Below, in pieces: positions 1 through 12,494 of a DNA stretch of 64,000 nt. The stretch comes from Octopus sinensis. Taxonomy: Eukaryota. The notes under the pieces are model-generated. The model did not search any database. It had not been told where the DNA came from and saw nothing but the letters and a program-made list of their open reading frames with translations. The stretch covers positions 20,708,001-20,772,000 of the forward strand of contig NC_043022.1 of assembly GCF_006345805.1 (NCBI RefSeq), read 5' to 3'. How positions within the stretch are numbered: the stretch's first letter is position 1; the number at the start of each line of letters is the position of its first letter. The position numbers and the translations under genes were made by a program.

Positions 1-303
1 TGAAGAAGGTTGGAGGGTATATCGGCTGAAACAAGTAGTAGTAGTGATGATGGATGTGGTGGTGGTGGAAGTGATAGTCGTGGTGGTGGTGTTGGAGTCG
101 GTTGTGGTGGTAGTAGTAGTGGTGTTGCAGTTGGTTGTCAGCTATAGCCTAGTCACCTATCTGATCTGGCAGTGTTTCTACAGCTGGATGCCCTTCCTAA
201 CACCAACCAGAGTGTAGTGGGTGCTTGTACAACCAACTGCAAGATGAGGTCAAATATCCGTCAAATGTAAATAATGTATCTCTCTTTTTGTTGTTATTTC
301 CAG

Positions 304-443
304 TCTTGCTGACGGTTGGTGTGAAGCAGTCAACTTTGTTCAACAATGTCTTCACAATAATAAACCTCCTCGTGCTTCTCTACGTCATTATTTGTGGATT
401 CTTCCAGATGAAACTGAAAAACTGGCAACTCACTCCAGACGAG
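304..443 (+). CDS. CAT transporter coding exon (LLTVGVKQ...NWQLTPDE)
   Basis: ttccag acceptor, gtacag donor; TM segment similar to CAT LLTLGVKES..NWQLT. Confidence 0.9.
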
Positions 444-3400
444 GTACAGTTGTTTGTTTGTAACATAAATCTTGTTGTCATTGCTGTTTGTTTGTTTGTT
501 TGTTTGTTGAGCAAAGCAGTCTTCGTCCTAGAAGTCCACAATGTGGCCCTTTGCTATTCGTAAGACCTGCAGAAGAGAAAGCAGATCAACCCCCGACACA
601 GAGAGCATCAACGAATGGATGAATGCGCATCCAAGCTCAGTTTTTGCTAGGAAGTCGGTGACAAGAAACAGGAAGAAAGAGTGAGAGAAAGTTGGAGCAA
701 AAGAGTACAACAGGGGTCGCCACCCACCCCCCTGCTGAAGCCTCGTGGAGCTTTAGGTGTTTTCGCTCGATAAACACACGCAACGCCCGGTCTGGGAATC
801 GAAACTGCGATCCTCCGACCGTGAGTCCGCTGCCCTAGCCACTGGGCTATTGCGCCTCCACTGTTGTTGCTGTTGTTGTTGTTTACTTCTAGCTCAGCTG
901 TGATCCAGCAGATCTCTGATCAAAAGTGTTCTCTCCATGACCATCCCAGCTTTTTTTTTTCACCTGACAATGTACAGTGGGGCTTCTGTAACAAAATATA
1001 TAATCCTTTTTGGAGCCCTGTTCATTAACCAAATTGCCCATTGTCTTTTATTTTTTTACTCGTTTCAGTCATTAGATTGTGGCCATGCTGGGGCACTGCC
1101 TCTGTTCATGTGTGTGACCATATGTTTCATTGTGTTTGAGGGGAGGTGAGTGTTTATGTCAGCCATGTTTAATTGGTGGCACATAAAAAGCACCAACCGA
1201 TCATGGCCGTTGCCAGCCTCCCTTGGCATCTGTACTAGTGGCACGTAAAAAGCACCCACTACACTCATGGAGTGGTTGGCATTAGGAAGGGCATCCAGCT
1301 GTAGAAACACTGCCAGATCAAGATTGGAGCCTGGTGCAGCCTCCTGGCTTCCTAGACCCCGATGCATTGTGTTCTTGAGCAAAACACTTCATTTCATGTT
1401 GCTCCAGTGCACTCAGCTAATGGTTAGGATGTTGCACTCATGACTTCTAGATTGTGGTTTCAATTCCTGGACTGGGCAATGCATTGCTCCAGTCGATTCA
1501 GGTGGCAAAAGTGAGTAATCCTGCAATGGACCAGTGTCCTGTCCAGGTGGGGAATATATATGCCATTGAAACTGAGAAACCAGCCCTTATGGGTCAGTAT
1601 GACTCGAGAAGGTAACTTTAACTTTTTTTACCTTGTACTTGCAGTTGCATCCACCCAGGGTGGATTGAACCAGCTCCATCCAATGAGTTATGTTCAGAGT
1701 TTCAGTGGGAATACAAGTTCACATCTGGTCCTCAATCATATCTGTTTACATTTTGAGACAGTGTGATCCACAGCAGCTCATCTTGCTGTCAATTCTCTAC
1801 CATCACAGAGGATTCACTGACCAAGTCGCCACTGATTATCGGGGCAGACATAGCCTGAAATTGAAGCAGGTTCTAGAGACATGCTTTAACTAAAGCTAAG
1901 GGGTGCCTTGTCCCAGTAGTTTTCCAGCATGCTGGACACCAACCTGGGGTTTCTGAGGGCCTGAGCTATTAATAAATAGTCGTTGAACTTACACCAAGTT
2001 CATCCATCATTTTGACAGGTCAGGCCCATTGCCAGATTTTGGTGTCTGAGGGTACTTCAGAAAATTCTGGGTGATCACTAATTTGTATTGTAACAAGATT
2101 TTTGTAATCTGTATTTTCTAAGCCTGAGGGTGCAACATTGAATAGTGAGGGGGCAGTGCTGTCCAGTACACCCCTCAGTAACAGATTTATTAGTCAGACT
2201 GTGCGGTGCCACATAAGTGTGCCTGTGCGGTGCCGCATAAATATTGTATTGCAGGGAAGATTTTTGTAAACTGTATTTTCTAAGTATGAGGGTACACCAT
2301 TGAATAGTTGGAAAAGACTTTCTAACTAGAAAGAGTATGGCCTGGTCAGCCTGTAATGACATGCATAAGATCTGGTCATCAAATCTAAGTAGAGACTTCA
2401 AACTTGAAATCTTCAAAGCCACAGTCGAACCAATTCTACTATATGGCTCAGAAACCTGGACGTTATTAAAGAAGCTTGAGAGGCGGTTGGATGGAACCTA
2501 CACTCGCCTCCTTATGAGAGCTCAAAATCTCTCGTGGAAGCGCCATCCAACCAAAATGCAAATATATGGGAAACTACCACCTGTGTCATCTCTTGTGAAA
2601 GGTAGGAGAGTCCAGTTTGCTGGACGTTGTTGTAGAACTGAAAAAGAGGTAATTTCTACTCTTCTCCTCTGGAAGCCACCTACTCGCAATGCCAGAGGGC
2701 GCACACTCTCCTACCCTGATGTAATCTCCAGGGATACAGGCATCTAGCAACAGGACCTCCGTAATGCCATGATGGACCGTGAAGTTTGGCGTAGCATGGT
2801 AAATTCCATTGTCTCGACTACGGTCTAACAATGATGATGATTGAATAGTAGAAAGGACAGTGCCATCCATTGCACCCCCTTAGTGATAGGCCTGTAACAG
2901 GCTTTGACAGCTGCATCCATTAATCTCACTCTATGCTACATGTTGGTTATTTCGATTTTATCTATTTCAGCTAGCCCCAGAGTACAGTGACGGTAGGTTT
3001 ACATGAGTTATCGTGGGTTCATTTGTCTATTTCAGGTACCTCCTAAGTATGGTAACGGTGGGTTCATGCCTTATGGCGTTTCCGGAATGTTGTCGGGCGC
3101 TGCCACATGTTTCTATGGTTTTGTTGGATTCGACTGTATTGCTACCACAGGTGAGTTACCCTCTGTATTGCTGCTGCTGCTGCCACCCTCACCACCCAAC
3201 ATGCCCACCACCACCACCACTAATAATACCACTACTATCACTTCCACCACCACCACATCCATCACCACTACTACCACTACAACCAACTGTAACACCACTA
3301 CTACTACCACCACAACCAACTCCAACACTATCACTACTAATATCACCACTACTACCACGATCACCACCACCGTTACTACTACTACTACTACTACTACAAC

Positions 3401-4794
3401 CGATTCTAACACCTGCACCACCACTACTAATACTACTACCACATCCATCACCATTACTACTACTACTATCACTACCACCTCACCACCTTGACACCACTTC
3501 TACTACCACAACCAACAGCAACACCACCACCACTACTACTACTACTACTACAACCTTAACCAAATCCAACACCATCATCATCATCATCACAACAATCACT
3601 ACCACTATCTCCATCATAATCACTGCAACTGTCGTTGTCATCACCACCACACCATCATCATCATCATCTAACCATCATCATCATCTTAACCATCATCATC
3701 TTACCTATCATCACTATCATGATCATCATCTTCATCATCATAACCATTATCGCCATCATCATCATTAGAACCATCATCATCTTCATCATCATCACTATCA
3801 TGATCATGATCATAATTATCATTATCATCATCATCATAGCCATCATCCCTGTTGTCATCATAACCATCAACATAATCATTTTCATCATTACTATCATCAT
3901 CATAATCATTATAACCATCATCTCTATCATCCTCATCATCATCATCATCATTACTATAACCATCATCACTATCATCATCCTTATAACCATCACCAATGTC
4001 ATCATCTTATCCTGTCGTGTCTGTTTCAGGTGAGGAGGCAAAGAACCCGCAGAAAGCCATCCCCATCAGCATCATCCTCTCTCTGATTATTGTGTTCCTC
4101 TTCTACTTCTTCGTGTCGATGGTCTTGACCATGATGTCACCTTACTACCTGCTCGATGTCAACGCACCTCTACCGGCCGTCTTCAGTGCAGTCGGCTGGG
4201 ATACGGCAAAGTATGTAATTGCCGTGGGGGCCATTTGTGCATTGACTGCCAGGTGAGTTATCTCCCCTTGTTTTATAACCCTTTTTATTCTTTCCTTTGT
4301 TTTCTTTATTTCTAATCCTGTAGCTACTACTCAAGCCAAATATACCTTAATCAAATGAAGCTTACATTATCATCAAGGAACCCTATATTAACTTGCAGAA
4401 GTGTTGTCATGCTGGAGCTTCGTCTTGAAAGTTTTGCTTTAGTCGAATGAATCTACCCCCCCCCCCCACCTCCAATACTTACTCTTTTACTTGTTTCAGT
4501 CATTTCTCTGTGGCCGTGCTGGAGCACCACCTTTAGTCAAAGAAATCGACCCCCAGGACTTATTCTTTGTAAGCCCACTACTTATTCTATCGGCCTCTTT
4601 TGCCGAACTGCCAAGTTATAGGGACGTAAACACAAGCAATGGTGTTGGGACAAATACGTTCATACACACACACACACACACATATATGATGGGCTTTTTT
4701 CAATTTCCGTCTACCAAATCTACTCACAAGGCTTTTGTTGGGCCGAGGCTATAGTAGAACATTTATCCCATCATGGGATTGGCCCATTATATAC

Positions 4795-4827
<33 letters not shown>

Positions 4828-7800
4828 CATAAATACATACATACACATGCACACGTGTATGTGAGGGTGCATGGCTTGGACCTTAGTGTTTAGGGTGTTG
4901 CACTCACGGTCTAGTGATCGCGGTTTCAATTCCAAGACCAGGTGGTGTGTTGTGTTCTTGAGCAAATCAATTCACTTCACATTGCTCTGTGATCTCTTCG
5001 ACACCTGACGCGTGGCACACAGTGCACCCTGTTCAGACAATGTTGATTTGAAGGAGAGAGAGCAAGCTAAAATGTGACACAAACATTTGATCACAATAAG
5101 CAAATCATTTGTGCAAGTTGTTTGGCAAAAGCTGAACACTCATTCTTTCATCTTCAATGAGAGATCCCATCATACACACACACACACACACATATATATT
5201 AATTAATATATAAATGTTTCTCTTTCAGTATGGTTGGTGCCATATTTCCTCTACCTAGAGTTGTGTACGCAATGGCTGAAGACAAAGTCATTTTCAGTGT
5301 CTTCTCCAATGTCTCAGAAAAATTCAAAACACCAGTTCTCGCTACCCTGATTGCAGGATTGTTTTCAGGTAGGTTTTTACCAATTTCACACACGTCTTAC
5401 CACTGCCCCCAACTCTCTCTTGCTTTATCTCTCTCACTATTTGATTCTCTATGTAACCATATATGTATGTCTCTGTCTGTATCTCTCTTCACCTCTCTCC
5501 CTGTCTAAGTGTCTCTCTGTATCACCTTATAAGTGTACGTGTCTCCCTCTCTCTGCCTGTCTATTTAAATGTCTCTCTATGTCACCATATAGGTATGTGT
5601 GTGTCTTCCTGTCTACTTAAGTGGTTCTTTATATCACCATATAAGTGTGTGTGTATCTGTCTCTCTCTCTTAATTAATCAACCCCGAAAGGATGAAAGGC
5701 AAAGTCAACTTTGGCGGAATTTGAACTCAGAACATGACGTCAGACAAAATACCGCTAAGCATTTCGCCCAGTGTGCTAATGTTTCTGCCAACTCGCTGCC
5801 TTTAGCTAATTAAAACCAATCTAGTATTACCTCAATTCACAGATCTGGAAAAGTTGTTTAAGTATCTACCAAAAAATAGAATTGGTCTTTTCTACAAGTC
5901 ACTTTACCTGAATAAACTTGATGTAAAGGTAAAGACCCCTTTCGGTCATGAATGACCATGGGATTGCACCTAGAAAATTAACCTCTGAAGCACAAATCCG
6001 GGCAAGGTTGTTTATGGAAGACCAGAAGTTGCCCATACATACCAATCTCCCCTCTCCATGCCACCGATGGTTATCCAAGGGATAACATCGGTGGCATGGA
6101 GACCAATACAGCTTGGTACCAGTAAGCCTGCAACCTATTTCAACACATGAGTGAACTGCAACAATGTGAAATAAAGTATCTTGCTCAACAACACAACACT
6201 CAGTCCAGTCAGGGAGTCAAACTTACTACCTCATGGGTGTGAGCCCAGTGCTCTAACCACTCAGCTTTTACATGTTTCTGATGTACCTCATCATAAAATT
6301 TGATGTTTCTCATCATAAAATAGTTTCAAATACGATATTCCTTTAAGGATAGATTAGTATATAGGTGCAGGTGTGGCTGTGTGGTAAGAAGCTTGCTTCC
6401 CAACCACACGGTTCCGGGTTCAGTCCCACTGCGTGGCACCTTGATCAAGTGTCTTCTACTATAGCCTCGGACTGACCAAATCCTTGTGAATGGATTTGGT
6501 AGACAGAAACTGGAAGAAGCCCCTCATGTGTATGTGTGTGTGTATATTTATTTGCGTGTTTGTATCTGTGTTTGTCCCCACCACCATCTCTTGACAACCA
6601 ATGTTGATTTTTTTTATGTCTCCATAACTTAGCAGTTTGGCAAACTGACTTTTAAAATAAGCACTAGGTTTACAAAGAACAAGTCCTGGAGTTGATTTGT
6701 TCGACTAAAACTCTTTCAGGTGGTGCTTGTTTGTTTGTTTGTTGAGCGAAGCGGTCTTCGTCCCAAAGTGGGAGAAGTGCGAAACATGGTCCTTTGCTAT
6801 TCGTAAGACCCGCAGAAGAGAAAGCAGGTCAACCCCCGACACCGAGAACATCGACGGATGGATGAATATGCATCTAGGCTCAGCGGTTGCGTAGGAAGTC
6901 GGGGATAAGAAACAGGAAGAAAGAGTGAAAGAAAGTTGGAGCAAAAGAGTACTGGCCCATTGCGCCTCCACTTCGGGTGGTGCTCCAGCATGGCCACAGT
7001 CAAATGACTGAAACCAGTAAAAGAATAAAAGGATTATAAAACTGCTTTCGGCAGTTAAGAATACTGAAATTTTGAGTGGATGTATCTGATTCCCACAGTG
7101 AAAGGGTTAACTTATTTTCCTCTCTATAAATTCATGACCTTCTATCAGAAACCATTAAAATCCAAGTAACATTCCCATTATTCTCCTTGTGTCCATCTCA
7201 CATTATTTCAGGTCTGACTGCTCTCATTTTTGATCTCACCGAACTGGTGAACATGATGTCTATTGGAACTCTCCTAGCTTACACGTTTGTGGCCAAGTGT
7301 GTTGTTATTCTACGGTAAGTATATTCATCATTTGACATCCATCTGCCATGCTGGCTTGGGTTGGACAGTTTGACAGGAGGCTGGCAAGCCTTGGGATTGC
7401 ACCAAGCACCTCTGTCTGCCTTGGCATGGCTTTTACAGCTGAGTGCTCTTCATAATGCCAACCACCTTAAAGAGTGGACTGGGTGCTTTTTACAGTGATG
7501 TCTGTTTTAGCATGGTTTCTGCAGCTAGATGCCTTTCTAATGCCAACCATTTTACAGAGTGGACTGTGTGCTGCTTATGCAACACCAACACTGGTGAGGA
7601 TCTGTTTTGGCATGGTTTTCATGGCTAGATGTCCTTGTTAATTTATATATATTTAACAGTCATTTTCGTAGCATTTTTTCAATGGCCTGTTAACTGAAGA
7701 GACGGCTGCGTGGGTTTCTGTCCCAACATCCGAAACAGAGTTTTATCATGGCTATCAAATAATTGTTACATATATTTACAGATAAATTCCTCTATTTACA

Positions 7801-7868
7801 TAATATCGAGGTCTCTTTCATTTTTTTGTCTTACCATTTCTATCAATATATATATATATGTATGTATG

Positions 7869-7905
<37 letters not shown>

Positions 7906-8046
7906 GTGTATGTATGTATGTATGTATGTATATGTATGTGAGTGTATGTATGTATGTGTATGTATGTATGTGTATGTATATGTATGTGAGTGTATGTATG
8001 TATGTATGTATGTATGTATGTGTATGTATATGTATGTATGTGTGTG

Positions 8047-8094
<48 letters not shown>

Positions 8095-11000
8095 CATATA
8101 TATATATAGTAAATAAAAAAAAATGAAGAACAAACACAAAAAAATAACAATGTGAGGACGTGGTACATGTAAAGTATTACCAGATGCTCAGGGAAGGAAA
8201 GAAAGGTGGTTTTACGTTTTGAGTGAAGCTCTTCTTCAGAAAAAGAGGGAAGTCCAATGGAAAAGGAAGATGGAGGAAAAAAAAAATCACCACAATTCAC
8301 ATATGGTTACATTTAAAAAAAATAAAAACACACACACACACACTCACATGATGGGGGATGTGTGATTGGACAAATTACTGTTTGAACAAATTGTCTGGCA
8401 TGCTAACAATTCTGCTGGGTCTTTGCCTTAATAATAATAATCCTTTCTACTAAAGGCACAGTCTTTCACTGGTACTTAATTTATCGACCCTGAAAGGATG
8501 GAAGGCAAAGATGACCTAGGCGGAATTTAAACTCTAAACATAGCAGGAGACGAAATGCCACTAAGCATTTCACCCGGCATGCTAACAATTCTGCCAGCTC
8601 ATCACCTTAATAATAATAATAATAATGATAATAATAATCCTGTCGACTATAAATATAAAGCCTGAAACTTTGGGGGAGGGGGTTAGTCGATTTCATCGAC
8701 GTCCCCCCCTTCCCACCCCACTCCAGCGGATAACTGGTACTTATTTTATTGACCCCGAAAGGATAGAACTCAGAACGGAGCAATGGGTGAAGTACTGCTA
8801 AGCATTTCACCCGGCATGCTATCAATTCTGCCATCTCATTGCCTTCAATGATAATGATAATAATGATAAGACAAATTTTTCTGATTTAAACACTGCATGC
8901 ATTTTTGTCTGGCACCTGTGCTGGTGGCACGTAAAAAGCACCATCCGTACATGGCCGATGCCAGCGCCGCCTTGACTGGCTTCCGTGTCAGTGGCACGTA
9001 AAAAGCACCAACTGATTGTGGCCGTTGCCAGCCTCCCCTGGCACATAAAAAGCACCCACTACACTCACGGAGTGGTTGGCGTTAGGAAGGGCATCCAGCT
9101 GTAGAACCACTGCCAGATCAGACTAGAGCCTGGTGCAGCCTCCTGGCTTCCCAGACCCCGGTCGAACCATCCAACCCATGCTAGCATGGAAAACAGACGT
9201 GAAACGATGATGATGTGTGTGTGTTTATGTGTTATTGCAAATACAATTCCCACTCTAACAATTCTCTGTTACCTTATTTCCAGCTATAAAAAGACAATCT
9301 TTGAAGAGCCGTTGATATCCGACCGTGGCACATATTACAATTCCACTTCAGTCAACACGTAAGTCACCATTATACACCTTTTCAATAAGTCTTCTGATCG
9401 TTGTTCTTTCATAAACCCACCCAAAACCAATGTTTCTCAACCATTTTTGTCCTATGGGCTCCTTTGATTTCCATTTTTCTCAGATGGGCTCTCATAGCCA
9501 TTTGACATTTAATACCTTAACGTTTACACTGACCATATCAGGCTCAAATATTTTACCTGATTTATATCCAAAGGGACATGGCTCAATGGTTAGATGTAGT
9601 GAGTTTGATTTCCAGACTAGGTGTGTTGTGTTCTTGAACAAGACACTTTATTTCATATTGCTCCAAGATCATATGAACTTCAGTTGGGAACCACTGAATT
9701 AAGCCATTCTCAAATGACCAACACACCTGATAGCTGTCACTCACCTGACTACCTCTGTTAAGTCTAGTAATTGTATGTCTACCTGCTCACCAAATGATAT
9801 GTTCTAACTTCTCTTTGCTCCATTGTAGTCCCAACACAGATATGCAGAAAGTTACTCCGAGTTTCTCCTTTGCGATGTTGTTCAAAAGTCAACAGGATGT
9901 ACCAAACCAGACCACCGAGAAGATTGTGCTCGTTACATCTTCGCTACTCAGTGAGTATTCTCAAACACTCTTCGTTCTTCATTTAATTACTTAATCTAAT
10001 GGTAGAGTCTTGAGTCTGAGAAAGATGATTCCACAATTTCTTGCTGAATAACCTGCATGGTCAGATAATTTGCTTAACCCTTTAGCATTCAAACTAGCCA
10101 TATCTGCCCCATATATTCTACCTGTTTTATGTTTAAAACAGCCAAATTTAGTCCCTCACACCTGTTCTACAATGTTATTCTAAAAATAAACATTTACCTC
10201 TTTGAAATCTTGATATTATGAGACGATGCATGATAGATTTAAAATACTATGAACAAATAAGCATTAGAATTGATGAACATAGGCGTAGGAGTGGCTGTGT
10301 GGTAAGTAGCTTGCTTACAAACAACATGGTTCCAGGTTCCGTCCCACTGCATGGCACCTTGGGCAAGTGTCTTCTACTATAGCCTCAGGCCAACCAAAGC
10401 CTTGTGAGTGGATTTGGTAGACGGAAATTGAAAGAAGCCCATTATGTGTGTGTTTATGTGTCTGTGTTTGTCCCCTCCCCCCAACATTGCTTGACAACCG
10501 ATGCTGGTGTGATTACATCCCCGTAACTTAGCGATTCGGCAAAAGAGACCGATAGAATAAGTACGAGGCTTACAAAGAATAAGTCCTGGGGTCGATTTAC
10601 TCAATCGACTAAAGGTGGTGCTCCAACATGGCCACAGTCAAATGACTGAAACAAGTAAAAGAGTAATCTGAATGGTAAATGGTTTATAGTCATCAAACGT
10701 TTGTGTTGCGCATTAGTTCACACCCTCTATCACATTGATGTTACCTGTACAGGTGCATAGTGTGCCACATGATGAAGTGATCTCAGAGCAATGTGACATT
10801 AAGTGTTTTGCTCAAGAATGCGACACGCTGCCCGCTCCAGGAATTGAACCTATGACCTTATGATTGCGAGTGCAACACTCCCTCATTTGTCTTCCCTGCT
10901 CAGAGAATATTCATGGCAAGATTGTGTGGTTACAAAACATGCATCTCAAGTACATGGTTCTGGGTTCACTCCTACTCAGTGACACCTTGGGCAAGTGTCT

Positions 11001-12463
11001 TCTTCCATAACTCCAGGCTGACCAAAGCCTTGTGACTGAATTTGGTTGACAGAAGTTTCCGCCATGCGTACACATATGTGTGAAAGTGGTTTTACCGCCT
11101 TTGATAGATAGTGAAGGTGCATGGCTTAGTGGTTAGAGTGTTCAGCTCTCAATCGTAAGGTTGTGAGTTCAATTCCCAGCAGCGCATTTTGTCCTTGAGC
11201 AAGACACTTTATTTCACATTGCTCCAGTCCACTCAGCTGGCAAAAATGTGTGGTACTTGTATTTCAAAGGGTCAGCCTTATCAGATTCTGTGTCACTGAA
11301 TTCCCTTGAGAACTGTATTAAGGGTGCATGTGTCTGTGGAGTACTCAGCCAGTTGCATGTTAATTTCACAAGTAGGTTGTTCCATTGAGTGGATCAACTG
11401 GAACCCTCATCATCATAACTGAAGTGCCAGTTTCCTTTTAGGAGGAAAACACTTCATCTTCACTACTCTGAGTATGTCACAGCTTTTCTACTCTTCAGCT
11501 TTGCTATTCAGTGAACATTTACAGTCAAATGGGACTTCAACGGTAATCCTTTTAGGGGTTGATGTAATTGACATAACCCTTTAACCCTTTCATTACCAGC
11601 CCGGCTGAAACTGGCTCTGGCTCTGAGTACAAATGTCTTGTTTTCATAAGTTTTGAATTAAAATCTTCCACCAAACCTTAGTCACAATTTATGTGCTTAA
11701 GACTAGCTTAATTATAACTAAGTTATTTTACTAAATTCTTTGTAATATTTAAAGTAATTGAAAGAAACACAGAGCATCTCAACAGAAATATAGTAACAAA
11801 TGTCTTGTTTTCATAAGTTTTGAATTAAAATCTTCCACCAAACCTTAGTCACATTTTATGTTCCTAACACTAGTCGAATGATAACTAAGTTATTTTACTA
11901 AATTCTTTGTTATATTTAAAATTAATTGAAAGAAACACAGAGCATCTCAACAGAAATATGGTAACAAATGTTTTGTTTTCATAAGTTTTGTATTAATATC
12001 TTCCACCAAACCTTAGTCACAATTTATGTGCTTAACACTAGCTTAATTATAACTAAGTTATTTTATTAAATTCTTTGTAATATTTAAAGTAATTGAAAGA
12101 AATAGAGAGCATCTCAAAATAAATACAGTAACGAAAGGGTTAAAATTGCTGTTTTTGTGCCAAAATTTAAAACCGATATTTCTTTTAACAGGTCTCGCAG
12201 CTATTGCTTTGTGTGTTGTCCTGGTGTTCGCTGAAGACTACCTGTCCAGTGGCTGGGCCATCTACCTGATTGTTCAGTTTTTAGTCCTCATGACTGTTTG
12301 TATGGTAATTATTGCTATGCAGCCATCCAACACTGCAGACATTCCATTCAAAGTAAGTGGGATGACATTTCTATATTTCTTCTTTTTTTTTGCAGTGGCA
12401 CCCTGGGGAAAGCCTCAGGCTTTGTAAGTGGAATTGGTAAATGGAAGCTGAATAAAACCCATC

Positions 12464-12494
<31 letters not shown>

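Noticed and set aside
1-35. Hammerhead-like TGAAGA-AGGTTG...CGGCT-GAAAC at the window edge
   Set aside because: Truncated by the window, and followed by microsatellite with no NUH or helix I partner
3013-4041. Long poly-T/H/I/M/V ORFs, and similar ones at 29444-29900 and 51043-51711
   Set aside because: Trinucleotide repeats inside introns whose real exon boundaries are identified
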